This document shows positions 1-9,964 of a stretch of DNA of 64,000 nucleotides, piece by piece. Where the stretch lies: IMG/VR virus record IMGVR_UViG_3300033978_000217, positions 1,818-65,817 of that record; one strand, given 5' to 3'. The notes under the pieces are model-generated. The model was not told the origin of the DNA. It did no database searches and was given only the letters and a program-made list of their open reading frames with translations. The number at the start of each line of letters is the position of its first letter. The stretch's first letter is position 1. Both the position numbers and the translations under genes were made by a program. The DNA is from a virus (Duplodnaviria > Caudoviricetes).

Positions 1-138
1 GGATATCACGTTGAAAAGGGAAGACCTCCAAAACCAATCGGTGGTTACATTCTGTCATTTGATACTGCCTATGAGACAGAAAATGGTAGAGAGGCAATAT
101 TGTTGCTCCCTACGTTTACACAAGTACGAGATCACTAA
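1..138 (+). CDS. 3' end of a gene cut by the window edge, possibly a calcineurin-like phosphoesterase
   Basis: Frame 1 is open to TAA at 136-138. GYHVEKGRPPKPIGG resembles C-termini of phage metallophosphoesterases (from recall). Confidence 0.4.
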   Translation, partial: GYHVEKGRPPKPIGGYILSFDTAYETENGREAILLLPTFTQVRDH

Positions 139-270
139 CAAAAAATGGGAACCGTTGCTCCCATTTTCTGCACACAAATAAAGAACACAATAACAAAAAT
201 CAAGCATCAGAACGATGCTGTACAAAAGTACATCAATTCACGCACAAAAAACACACTTAATATTTTCAAA

Positions 271-897
271 ATGAAGTATTTGAATTATTTGCCTGTAGTT
301 ATGAAATCCAAGGAGCATCTAGCCGATGGTGTTGATGTTGGAGACACAAGAATTCACATGGTAATTAGAACCGCTTCAGAAGAGGCTGACTATTGGACAA
401 ACACCGATTGTATTGTTTTTGAGGACTACGGCAAGTGGAAAAAAGGAGACGAGGTGTTCGTTAAGTACGTTGAGATTAGAGAGGTTGTTGGAGCATATAG
501 CGAAGGTAAAAACAAACGTATTATTGATGTTGGAGATCAGGAAGTTTTATTAGTTAGACCTGATCTTATATATTTAACAATTAGAGACGGAAAACTTATT
601 CCTCAAGACGGATGGTGTTTAATTAAACAAGTTCCCGAAAAACCTAAAAGTTCTCTATTGATAATTCCAGAAGCTTTTGAAGAAAAATACAAGGAGTTTG
701 AGTGGGAAGTTGTTGCGGTTGGAGGTTCTTCACCATCACATGAAATACTGTATGGAAAAGATGCCGTTCCTGAAGTAGGTTCAATTATTTTAGGGAAAAA
801 GAATTGTGGTATTCCTTTGGAAGCAGGTTTGAATAAGAAGTTAAAAGAAGAATACTATTTAATCAGACACAATGAAATTCTAGCGTATGAAGTTTGA
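271..897 (+). CDS. GroES-like co-chaperonin (probably tandem GroES-fold domains)
   Basis: Motifs LIPQDGWCLIK..KSSLLIIP..EVVAVG..EVGS..YYLIRHNEIL. ATG271 follows an A-rich leader and is preferred over 145. Confidence 0.6.
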   Translation: MKYLNYLPVVMKSKEHLADGVDVGDTRIHMVIRTASEEADYWTNTDCIVFEDYGKWKKGDEVFVKYVEIREVVGAYSEGKNKRIIDVGDQEVLLVRPDLIYLTIRDGKLIPQDGWCLIKQVPEKPKSSLLIIPEAFEEKYKEFEWEVVAVGGSSPSHEILYGKDAVPEVGSIILGKKNCGIPLEAGLNKKLKEEYYLIRHNEILAYEV

Positions 898-1552
898 ACA
901 TAATGAGTTTAACAAACTAAAATACCCAATACATAAGATACCATTAGGCACACCTGTGCTTTTTGAGTTCTCAGACTTATCTAAGTTCTCTATAATATTT
1001 GCAGCAAACGATTTACCTAAGAAGTTAGACCCAGATATCGTTATGCGATACCTGATCTATATGTACGACTTGGGATCTCCGGGTCAGGGTATTCCCGACT
1101 TGAAGAGAAGGAAAGTGTGGGCGTTACAATGCTTAAACCTTGAGCCTCCATATGACGATGTAATTAAGGATATGCTTAATTGGAAAATCAAGGGAGTAAA
1201 CAGAAGGGCAATCTATTTCCTTATGTTGATGGGTGGTGAGCAGTATATGGTTTGGAAGTCTGCGGAAGAGGCCCTGTTGCGTTATACCGAATTAGAGATT
1301 AAATTAGAGGCTGAAGATGAAGTTGCTCAAGCCAAGATAGTTCAAGCGGAAAAGACTCGAAGAGAAATTATTAACATGACGATGTCACAAATTGCATCTT
1401 CAAAAACTGATTTCTTACAAGGGGAAAAAAGCAAAGAATTAGAGGATGAGTTAACTGAGTTTACTTTGTTAGACTCTTTGGGTATTAGGCCCGAAGAGTA
1501 TATTCGTGAGTTTGAACAAAATGGAGATGTATTCCCAGATATAGATGCGTGA
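887..1552 (+). CDS. Hypothetical protein (small-terminase position)
   Basis: 221-aa helical ORF overlapping the TerL start; function inferred from position only. Confidence 0.5.
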   Translation: MKFEHNEFNKLKYPIHKIPLGTPVLFEFSDLSKFSIIFAANDLPKKLDPDIVMRYLIYMYDLGSPGQGIPDLKRRKVWALQCLNLEPPYDDVIKDMLNWKIKGVNRRAIYFLMLMGGEQYMVWKSAEEALLRYTELEIKLEAEDEVAQAKIVQAEKTRREIINMTMSQIASSKTDFLQGEKSKELEDELTEFTLLDSLGIRPEEYIREFEQNGDVFPDIDA

Positions 1553-3953
1553 AGTAAAATATAAATACAAACCACAAGAGGAGTTCATTATTGTAAACGA
1601 TGGTGACGAAGACTTGTACCCAATAAAAATTAAAGTTCCTTCAGTTGAAGAGTATTATAATTTACCTTACGAAGAGGCTATAAAAAAAGTTGAGGGTTAC
1701 GGACTTCCTCCCGAAAAACAGAAGTTTACTTATCAAGAGATGCCTTCGAAGTTATCTGAAATCGAATCTGTTATTCGCAGAAAGAAACAGATGAAGCCAA
1801 AGGATGTAGTGAAGTTAGAGGATATTGACGAAGAGTTATTCAACGATGTTTCTTATTACTCAAAAGAAATACAGTGGATTAAGAGACAGATCAAGAGACA
1901 CTACAAGGGTTACTTCTTCTTCAATAACGGCACTCCAACATATATGCCTGGGTGTCAATACACATACTTAAACTATTGGCCAATTGGTAACGGAAGAAAT
2001 ACAAAAGGTTTAGCAGAGTACCGAGACAGAGATAGAAGGTGGTTCTTAACCGTTATGTATGCCTACACAACTAGAGATGCTTACTACAAATTCAAGGTAG
2101 TTTATCTCGAGAAGAAAAAGAGTTATGTTCGTTACTTCAATATGCAGAAGAGCGTTGATGAGTTTAAAGAAAAACATCCCGACTGCTATGTTGAAAAAGG
2201 CGATTATACGATAGACACAGGCGAGAGAACAACTTACGGAGTTATCTACCCGAAACACCGAAGAGAGGGAGCAACCTCTCGTGCAGGTTTTATGAATTGG
2301 TATGTGACCGCAACGATGGGCATTCAGCGTTTTGGCGGCATCCAAAGTATGTCGGATTACCACTCCACTCAGGTTTTTGTGGATCACATTGCAAAGCGTC
2401 TCCGCAGAATGCCTTTCTTCTTCAAGTTGATGACTGAGGGATCTTCTGTTCCAAAAGAAGCCATACAATTTACTGCTCCAGCAAATAGAACAGCAGGTGG
2501 TGTGGGGACAACTTCTCTCCCTCCACACGAGGGTTGGATAAACCACCGACCATCTGGAGAGAGAGCGTATGACATGGAAAAGTTACACTTCATTCACCAC
2601 GATGAGGTTGGAAAGATAGATCCGAAAGCAGGTATCAACATCAATGTTGTTGACAGATGGAGGGTCGTTATGAAGTGTCTCGCACAGGGACCGTACATTC
2701 ATGGCATTGGTCTCCTCACTTCAACACTAGGTGAGATGGAAAAGGGTGGTGGTGAGCAGATGAAGAAACTTATCCTTGGCTCTCGTTTCAATGAAAGGAA
2801 CGACAACGGACAGACAATGACAGGGTTGTTAACTCTATTCTTTCCTGCACACGATGGCTTGGATGGTTTCATTGACGAGTTTGGAAACTCTATCGTTGAA
2901 GATCCGGAGAAGCCAACAAAGAATGTGGATGGTAAGTTTGTTTCGATGGGAGCGAAGACATATCTTGAAAACAAGAGAAGAGCATTCGAAATGAACGGAG
3001 ATCAAACAGGACTCATTGAGGAGATGCAAAACTTCCCAATGAATCTGAAAGAATGCTTTATGTCGGCATCAAAAGACTCCTCTTTCCCTGTCCTCAAGAT
3101 AAGAAAAAGAATTACAGAACTTACTTTTGAAAAACATAAAACTCGTAGGTACAACTTTGAGTGGGAAAACGGAAGATGCTCTCGTGTAAAATTAGTTGAG
3201 GATGACGAGGGTAAGTTTAACATATCCTTCCTTCCTCCAGCAGGAGCGAGAAACATAAAAGAGTGGGACTCGGAGTTGGAATCTTGGAAGCCTGGTTGGA
3301 CCGTTATGAACAAGTTTGTAATGGGAGCTGACCCTGCCAAGTACGAATCTCACGAGGTGAGTGGTAAGAAGAAGTCTTACAACGCAGGTGCAATGTACTA
3401 CAAAAAGGATGAGCATCTTGATGGAGACACAGGACTACTCATTAAGCCAAGAGGTATGTGGGCGTCAGATAAGTTTGTCCTCACTTATAAACAAAGAGAT
3501 GTTGGAAGAGAAGAGTATTGCGATGACATGGCAAAGGCTTGTATGTTCTTTGGAGCGATGCTATACCCCGAGATGAATATTACCATCCTCTACGAGAAGT
3601 TTTTAGAGTGGGGATTACGAGGGTATCTCTTGTACGACATGGATGAGAATGGATTCAGAAAGCCGTTGCCGGGTAGGATTACTACGGACGGTTCAAGCAA
3701 TTCTGCAAAGCAAGACATCTTTGATAGTTGGGAACATTACCTAAAAAATGGTGTGGAAGGAGAAAACCACATTGAGATTTTAGAGGAGTGTGCTAACATC
3801 GATGGTAAACAAGAAATGACAAAATACGATTTATTTGCGGCAGGAGGCTACGCACTTTTGGGAAGTAAGTCAGTTTACCCTAAATTTGTAGAATTAAATG
3901 AGCAATCTATGAATATAGATTCAAAACTTTTTGATACATTTGATTATTATTAA
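1545..3953 (+). CDS. terL: Terminase large subunit
   Basis: Walker A-like PKHRREGATS, Walker B FIHHDEVGK, motif III TST and nuclease MGADP; lies directly before the portal. Confidence 0.9.
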   Translation: MREVKYKYKPQEEFIIVNDGDEDLYPIKIKVPSVEEYYNLPYEEAIKKVEGYGLPPEKQKFTYQEMPSKLSEIESVIRRKKQMKPKDVVKLEDIDEELFNDVSYYSKEIQWIKRQIKRHYKGYFFFNNGTPTYMPGCQYTYLNYWPIGNGRNTKGLAEYRDRDRRWFLTVMYAYTTRDAYYKFKVVYLEKKKSYVRYFNMQKSVDEFKEKHPDCYVEKGDYTIDTGERTTYGVIYPKHRREGATSRAGFMNWYVTATMGIQRFGGIQSMSDYHSTQVFVDHIAKRLRRMPFFFKLMTEGSSVPKEAIQFTAPANRTAGGVGTTSLPPHEGWINHRPSGERAYDMEKLHFIHHDEVGKIDPKAGININVVDRWRVVMKCLAQGPYIHGIGLLTSTLGEMEKGGGEQMKKLILGSRFNERNDNGQTMTGLLTLFFPAHDGLDGFIDEFGNSIVEDPEKPTKNVDGKFVSMGAKTYLENKRRAFEMNGDQTGLIEEMQNFPMNLKECFMSASKDSSFPVLKIRKRITELTFEKHKTRRYNFEWENGRCSRVKLVEDDEGKFNISFLPPAGARNIKEWDSELESWKPGWTVMNKFVMGADPAKYESHEVSGKKKSYNAGAMYYKKDEHLDGDTGLLIKPRGMWASDKFVLTYKQRDVGREEYCDDMAKACMFFGAMLYPEMNITILYEKFLEWGLRGYLLYDMDENGFRKPLPGRITTDGSSNSAKQDIFDSWEHYLKNGVEGENHIEILEECANIDGKQEMTKYDLFAAGGYALLGSKSVYPKFVELNEQSMNIDSKLFDTFDYY

Positions 3954-3956
3954 AGT

Positions 3957-6290
3957 ATGAGCGAATATACTATCTTGTGGCCGAAGGATGATATTGATCC
4001 TAAAAAGAAAGACAACAACTGGTTGTCACAAATTGGTCGTGCTATTTTTTATCGTTACGAAAATAACAAAACTTATTTCGGTAGACAAGATATCGCTCGT
4101 TTGTTTGAGATCAGGAACTATTCTGAAGGGAGACAAAACCAACAGAAGTACATCGATATGTGGATTCAACGTGGGGAAGAGAAATCAAGTACGTCAAGTC
4201 CCAATCCACAAGCACAACGTATTCGTAGAAAGGGGTATGCCAACATGAACTTTGAGATTTTCTCAATTGCCCCCGAACTAAAAAGAGTTATTCACTCTGT
4301 AGTAGGTACTGATAATCAACGAGTTCAAGTTGATTGTATTAACCCAGAGATTAAAAATAAGAAAGCACTAGACAAGGCAACACTTTACGTTAAGTCAAAG
4401 ATGGAACCGTTGATGAAAGAGATTGGAATGCCTCAAGCTGGTGAAGGAGAATTTCTTCCTCAAGACTCTGGTGAGTTAGATGTATTTGAAAGTCTTGGTG
4501 GATTTAAGCAAAACTTAGAAATTACTTTAGAGAAATTGATTGAGTTAGGCTTTACAAATAGTGATTGGAGTAAGATTGAACGTCAGTTAAAAGACGATGC
4601 AATCAACTTTAGCTTTATGGTTTGCAAGGATTATACTGACCCTCACACAGGAATGGCAAAGGTGAAGTACATTGATGCGGCTAAATTTATTTGTGCGTGG
4701 ACAGATGAATCTCAAGGAGACAACACTCCATTTGCAGGTCACTTTGAAAAATATAGCATTCCTCAAGTTAGAGATTTGCTCATCCAAAACGGTTGGAGTG
4801 AAGAAGATACTGAAAAGCAAGTTAATAGAATTGCCAAATGGGCATTTGATATAACTTACTCAAATGACAGATATGGTTGGTCTTGGTACTCACAACGTGA
4901 CACTCTAACAGACCGTATGCGTTACGATGACTTTTTTGTAGACGTTCTTGAGTTTGAATACATTTCAAAAGATACTCAGTTCTATAAAAAGAAAGATCGT
5001 GATGGTATTCACACATTCTACTCAGACAAGTTTGGGGAATATGTAAATACTGACAAGAAGAAAACAGTTATTGTTGATGCCCATGTTATTTATGAAGGTT
5101 ACTTCATGCCAGGGGCAAACATCACAGTGGGTGGTAAGCAAAAGAATATGAAGAGAGTGAGCAAACAAAAGCCTCAAATCTCTTATCGTTTTGAAAAAAT
5201 TCCTGGTAAATCAATTACCGAAACCGCTATCCCAATTTACGACTCTCTACAAATCAATCACCTTAAATTACAAGCGGCTAAACTAGCGGCTGCTCCTAAG
5301 GGTATTGCGATTGATATTGGAGCGTTGAACATTAATAGTATCGCAGGTTCAATGTACACTCCATTTGACCTCGTTCAAGTATATTCTCACACAGGTAACT
5401 TCTTCTACAAATCATCTCTTCTAGGCGGTAAGGTAAATACTAACAAAACCTTTGATGAATTAGAAGGTGGTATTGGTAAGCAACTATCTGAATGGATTCT
5501 TGCCTACCAACATGATGTAGAAAAGCTGTTGCAGATTACAGGTATTACACCAACAATGGCTGGTTCTCCTCCAAAAGGGGATAAGTTAGTCGGAGTTGCT
5601 GAGATGGAAGTCGAGGCTACTAACAATGCTTTGTGGCCACTACAACAAGCGTTAGAGCGTTTGAAAGTTAAGATGGGACAGAACATTGCTCTTCGTGCCA
5701 TGACAACCATGCGTTTTGATAGCGAGGTAAAATCTTATTACGAGGAAATATTTGGAAAAACAGCAATTGAGTATATGATGCCTGCTGCTGACTTTACATT
5801 AGATGAGTTAGGAATTTCTCTTAGCAATAAAATTTCTTCCACACAGAAGTTTAAAATTGCTGAGGCGGCTGAGACTGCATTAAAAGTAGGTCGTAACGGA
5901 ATGCCTGAGATAGAACTTTCTGACTACACTATGATTTTAGAGATGTTGGAGAAAGGTCGTTTAAAAGAAGCGACTTGGTACTTAACATATAAGAGCAGTA
6001 AGAAGCGTAAGTATAATGATGAAATGGCTGCTCAAAACCAACAGGCTCAAGCACAATCTCTACAAGAGTTAGAGTTGATGAAACAGAAGGGTGAGATGGA
6101 ACTACTTCAAATGGCAGCGAAGATTGAAGTTGAAAAAGAAGCGGCTCTTTCTAATATTAGAATTAAAGAAAAACAAATGATTATCGCTGCCGAGACTCAA
6201 GGTTCAATCGAGGAGATTAAGGCAGAAGCATATCTACAGGAACAGACTGGTACTGAAATTACAGGTAAGTTCCGCAAACCAAGCGCATAA
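3957..6290 (+). CDS. Portal protein
   Basis: 777 aa after TerL, with ITGI..MAG and a Q/E-rich coiled-coil C-terminus typical of podoviral portals. Confidence 0.85.
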   Translation: MSEYTILWPKDDIDPKKKDNNWLSQIGRAIFYRYENNKTYFGRQDIARLFEIRNYSEGRQNQQKYIDMWIQRGEEKSSTSSPNPQAQRIRRKGYANMNFEIFSIAPELKRVIHSVVGTDNQRVQVDCINPEIKNKKALDKATLYVKSKMEPLMKEIGMPQAGEGEFLPQDSGELDVFESLGGFKQNLEITLEKLIELGFTNSDWSKIERQLKDDAINFSFMVCKDYTDPHTGMAKVKYIDAAKFICAWTDESQGDNTPFAGHFEKYSIPQVRDLLIQNGWSEEDTEKQVNRIAKWAFDITYSNDRYGWSWYSQRDTLTDRMRYDDFFVDVLEFEYISKDTQFYKKKDRDGIHTFYSDKFGEYVNTDKKKTVIVDAHVIYEGYFMPGANITVGGKQKNMKRVSKQKPQISYRFEKIPGKSITETAIPIYDSLQINHLKLQAAKLAAAPKGIAIDIGALNINSIAGSMYTPFDLVQVYSHTGNFFYKSSLLGGKVNTNKTFDELEGGIGKQLSEWILAYQHDVEKLLQITGITPTMAGSPPKGDKLVGVAEMEVEATNNALWPLQQALERLKVKMGQNIALRAMTTMRFDSEVKSYYEEIFGKTAIEYMMPAADFTLDELGISLSNKISSTQKFKIAEAAETALKVGRNGMPEIELSDYTMILEMLEKGRLKEATWYLTYKSSKKRKYNDEMAAQNQQAQAQSLQELELMKQKGEMELLQMAAKIEVEKEAALSNIRIKEKQMIIAAETQGSIEEIKAEAYLQEQTGTEITGKFRKPSA

Positions 6291-6307
6291 ACACAAATAA
6301 CACATAT

Positions 6308-7408
6308 ATGGAAAATCAAGAACAAGGAACACCTACAAACATTTTTAGTTTCTTAGGTGTGGATAACCCGGCTCCTACACCAACGCCTTCTGGAGAAGAA
6401 GCACCTGCATTTACATCAACACCAAATGATGATGGTGGCGAACCTGCTCCTTTGGCAGAACCAATTATTAACGAGGATACAACCTTTAAAGCATCAGACT
6501 TAAAGGCAATTTTCGGAGACTTTGAGTCTATGGACTCTATCAAACAAAAGTATTCTGCCTTTGAGGAAAGAGCAAAGAAGTACGATGAGTACGAGCCTCT
6601 TATCTCTCAACAAGAAACTTTAATTAAAGAGTTAGAGTCTCCCTTTGCAAATGAAAAACTTGCTAGTCTTAACTCTTTTATCAGAAACACAGGGATTAAC
6701 GATTTAGACATCGCTAATAAATTTGTTGGAAAAACATCTGATGAAATTAAACAGAATCCAATTCAAGTCATGGCACTTTCTCAAGTAATTCAAGAGCCTG
6801 ATCTTTTGAATAACATGACATTCGAAGACTTATGTGAGGCAATCGCAGACGAGAACAACACCTATGCTGACGTTACATTTGAAGACGCTCCAAAGGTGAT
6901 GAAGATGAAGATTGGAAAAAATATTGCTGTAGTCGAAGAAAAATTACAAAATATTGGACAGAATAAAGATTTTGTTGCATCTTTGCGTAACCAATACAAC
7001 GAGTCTAAAGAGACTGTTGCAAAGGCTGTCCAGGAATGGAAGCCGACAATTGAAAAACTGACTGATTTGAAAGAGGTGGAGTATGACCTTGAGGGGTACA
7101 AAGTGAAGGCGCAGGTGTCTGCGGAAACCCGAACTCAGCTCCAAAAAGAGATTACAAATATCATCGCTTCAAATCCATCTTTACCAGACGATCAAAGTAT
7201 TGAGCTTATAAACACATATGTTCGGAGTCGAATAGAAAATTTAGAAGCATCCAATATCTATAAATCTCTTATCACAGCCGCTAAAGGGGAGGCCCTAGAA
7301 AAATCGGTTAAAGAGTTTCATAACGGATCGCCTGTTGCTAGACCGGAAAAGCAGGGTGGAAGTAACGAAAAGAGTCAATTGTTGCAATACTTCGAGAGAC
7401 AAATTTAA
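6308..7408 (+). CDS. Putative scaffold protein
   Basis: Acidic, Pro-rich N-terminus and helical body; lies between portal and capsid genes. Confidence 0.6.
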   Translation: MENQEQGTPTNIFSFLGVDNPAPTPTPSGEEAPAFTSTPNDDGGEPAPLAEPIINEDTTFKASDLKAIFGDFESMDSIKQKYSAFEERAKKYDEYEPLISQQETLIKELESPFANEKLASLNSFIRNTGINDLDIANKFVGKTSDEIKQNPIQVMALSQVIQEPDLLNNMTFEDLCEAIADENNTYADVTFEDAPKVMKMKIGKNIAVVEEKLQNIGQNKDFVASLRNQYNESKETVAKAVQEWKPTIEKLTDLKEVEYDLEGYKVKAQVSAETRTQLQKEITNIIASNPSLPDDQSIELINTYVRSRIENLEASNIYKSLITAAKGEALEKSVKEFHNGSPVARPEKQGGSNEKSQLLQYFERQI

Positions 7409-7451
7409 AGGTTAAAATAAAAAATAAGTATTAATTTAATAATTTACCAAA

Positions 7452-8918
7452 ATGGCTTTTGGAACTTCTTCAAATACCCCAATAGGTACATCCAGTGGTC
7501 TTAACGGACAGTTACTTTCATTGTTTGATGCATCTTACCAAACAGGTTTGCTTGTACCTCATTACTTGCGTACCCTTAAAAATAAATTCGGTGACAACGG
7601 TCTTTCTGACTTCCAACTTTTGATGGGATTAGGAATGAAGCGTGGCGTTCAAAACATTACAGGATGGCACTGGGAAAAGGGTCTTTATGACGCTCCTGTT
7701 GTTGTTCAAACTACAGTTGCTGCTCCAGGCGCAGGTTTGCCTTTGACTTTTGTTTCTGACACAGACGCAAGTGCTACTAGTTCTCCTGCTGTAGCTAACT
7801 TGTCTTTTCCGTTTGTTGATCAACCTGCTAATACTACCTACGCTAAGGAAGGTCAAATATTAATGAACACTAGCGTTGCTACGTTGCCATTATATAGAGT
7901 TACAGGTGTTACAAACGCTTCTGTTACTATTCGACCTATTCTTTCTACTACTAACTCAGCTGCAACATTAGGTGATATCTTCGTTGTTGTTGGTTCTGCA
8001 TGGGACGAAGGAACTGATCAACCAATCTCTTCTCAATCTTTCTGGACTAAGTACAACTGGAAGACTCAAATCTTTAAAGAGACTTATACTCTTTCTGGTA
8101 CTCAAAAAACTAACGCCCCACAGTGGATGGAAGTTGAGTACGGAGATGGTAAGACTAAGAAGATGAACGGTTTCTTCTACGAAGGTCAAGACGAAGCTGA
8201 ATATCGTTTGATTAAGCAAATTGCTTTATCAATGATTTTCGGTCAATCACAAACTAACTCAAGTATTCCTCAGACCTTCTCTGGTCTTGATGCTGAGATT
8301 ACTTCTCGCGGATATACTCACAGCGTTGGTGGTTCTGGCAACTTTGATGTTTCTGACTTCCGTACCATTGCTAACGTAATGAGCCGCCGTTACTCAAGTA
8401 ACTTGTTCTTGGCTTGGTTAACTACTGAATTGTATTCTGAATTGATGCAAGATTTGAACAGTGCTTCTGGCTCTTACATTCAAAACGCTAACTTAGTTAA
8501 CGCTACTACTCAAAACATTGCTGACGTATTCTTCGGTGGTAACATGGAGCAAACTGAGACTTTGTTCTCTACTTTCTCTTGGCAGGCAATCAACGTAGAT
8601 GGTTACAACTTCGCGTTAAAGAACGCTCGTTTCATGCAAGACCCAGCAACTACTGCTGCTAATACAACTTCACAGTTACGCCGCAGAGGATGGATTATTC
8701 CATTGAACAAAGTTCAAGACGCTGAAGGAGTTCTTCGCAATCGTATCGAGTTGGTTTACAAGGAGATGGACGGATATAGCCGCTTCATGGAAATCACAGA
8801 CGATGGTCGTGCTTCTGCTCGTAAGATTGGGCCAACTGACGTTGCTCGTCTTTACTTGTCATCTGACCTTGGATTTGACTTCTTCACATTGGAGCAATTC
8901 ACTCGTATCACAGACTAA
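7452..8918 (+). CDS. Major capsid protein
   Basis: 488 aa with GSAWDEGT, TQIFKET and ALSMIFGQ..FSGL motifs, strong codon bias and a downstream hairpin. Confidence 0.85.
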   Translation: MAFGTSSNTPIGTSSGLNGQLLSLFDASYQTGLLVPHYLRTLKNKFGDNGLSDFQLLMGLGMKRGVQNITGWHWEKGLYDAPVVVQTTVAAPGAGLPLTFVSDTDASATSSPAVANLSFPFVDQPANTTYAKEGQILMNTSVATLPLYRVTGVTNASVTIRPILSTTNSAATLGDIFVVVGSAWDEGTDQPISSQSFWTKYNWKTQIFKETYTLSGTQKTNAPQWMEVEYGDGKTKKMNGFFYEGQDEAEYRLIKQIALSMIFGQSQTNSSIPQTFSGLDAEITSRGYTHSVGGSGNFDVSDFRTIANVMSRRYSSNLFLAWLTTELYSELMQDLNSASGSYIQNANLVNATTQNIADVFFGGNMEQTETLFSTFSWQAINVDGYNFALKNARFMQDPATTAANTTSQLRRRGWIIPLNKVQDAEGVLRNRIELVYKEMDGYSRFMEITDDGRASARKIGPTDVARLYLSSDLGFDFFTLEQFTRITD

Positions 8919-8942
8919 TCTTAGTCTAAAAATATGTAAAAA

Positions 8943-8971
8943 GGGGAGGGAGGGAACTCTCTCCCCAATTT
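8943..8971 (+). terminator. Hairpin terminator after the capsid gene
   Basis: GGGGAGGGAG-GGAA-CTCTCTCCCC followed by AATTT (weak U-tract). Confidence 0.6.
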
Positions 8972-9017
8972 ACTAAACACACACACACACAAAATAATAA
9001 CATAATAAATTACAACT

Positions 9018-9884
9018 ATGCTATTTCAAGATGGCCAAAAATTTATCCTTGATGAAGAGGATTTGAATCAGTTAAAAGAAGTTTTTCCTGATTACATGAA
9101 TAAAAATAAAGGTCTTAGAATTACATATAATAGTGGCGTTATACAAAAGATTGAAACAAACAATCCTTCAGCTCCATTTGTATTTTCTAAACCTACCCAT
9201 AACATTTTACTTGTAAATAAATGGGTTGATAACGAGACAGGAGAGCAAAGAGAAATCCGTTTCTCTAACCAACCTGCAAGATATCGTGGTGACGGATCTT
9301 CTTACTTTGCTGAAAAAAGCACTGTAATCGACACTTCATTTGTCTTTAAACCAAAGGAAGACATTGAGTTGTTGTGGTTTTGTTACAACTTTAGCAAGTT
9401 GTTTTCTAATGGCTTAAAAGGAAATGATATATCTCCATTTCGTTTCTTAGTTCATCAAGCTGATGCATCTTCTAGAACTAACGATGTTCTTGCTGAGGCT
9501 AATGCTAAAGTTGCATTATCTAACTTGTCTACAGAAAAATTAAAATCATTTGCTTCTGCATATGTTGCTGTAGAAGAGGATGATAGTAAGGAGATTATTC
9601 TTTCTAAATTGTTCTCTACAATGGACGGAAGTAAGAATTTCAAGAATTTAGTTATTAAGAATTTCACGCAAAATGATGCTGAATCAGATGCTAAAGATTT
9701 AGTTGACAAGGCTATTGCAAACGGAATTCTTAAATCTAACGAGGACGGAGATCAGGTAGTTATGGTCATAAATGGCAAAGAAACTATCGTTGCTGATATC
9801 CCACTTGAGGAAAAGAATCTGTTGATTATATACGTTTCTAAGGAAAAGAAGTTATACAATCAGTTGAAGAAGGCTTTGTCTTAA
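9018..9884 (+). CDS. Hypothetical head-module protein
   Basis: 288-aa ORF downstream of the capsid gene. Confidence 0.6.
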   Translation: MLFQDGQKFILDEEDLNQLKEVFPDYMNKNKGLRITYNSGVIQKIETNNPSAPFVFSKPTHNILLVNKWVDNETGEQREIRFSNQPARYRGDGSSYFAEKSTVIDTSFVFKPKEDIELLWFCYNFSKLFSNGLKGNDISPFRFLVHQADASSRTNDVLAEANAKVALSNLSTEKLKSFASAYVAVEEDDSKEIILSKLFSTMDGSKNFKNLVIKNFTQNDAESDAKDLVDKAIANGILKSNEDGDQVVMVINGKETIVADIPLEEKNLLIIYVSKEKKLYNQLKKALS

Positions 9885-9910
9885 ACAAAAGATATAAATA
9901 ATCTGAAATG

Positions 9911-9937
9911 GGGTACAGTTTGTACCCTATTTTTTTT
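9911..9937 (+). terminator. Intrinsic terminator
   Basis: GGGTACA-GTT-TGTACCC followed by TA and a T-run. Confidence 0.7.
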
Positions 9938-9944
9938 ATCTTTG
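9937..9944 (+). promoter_or_regulatory. Bacteroidota -7 promoter element
   Basis: TATCTTTG matches TAnnTTTG, 20 nt before ATG9965. Confidence 0.6.
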
Positions 9945-9964
9945 TGTATAATTCGTAAGTAAAA

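Noticed and set aside
8977-8990. (AC)7 run after the capsid terminator
   Set aside because: Short and within an A/C-rich unstructured leader; no evidence of function.
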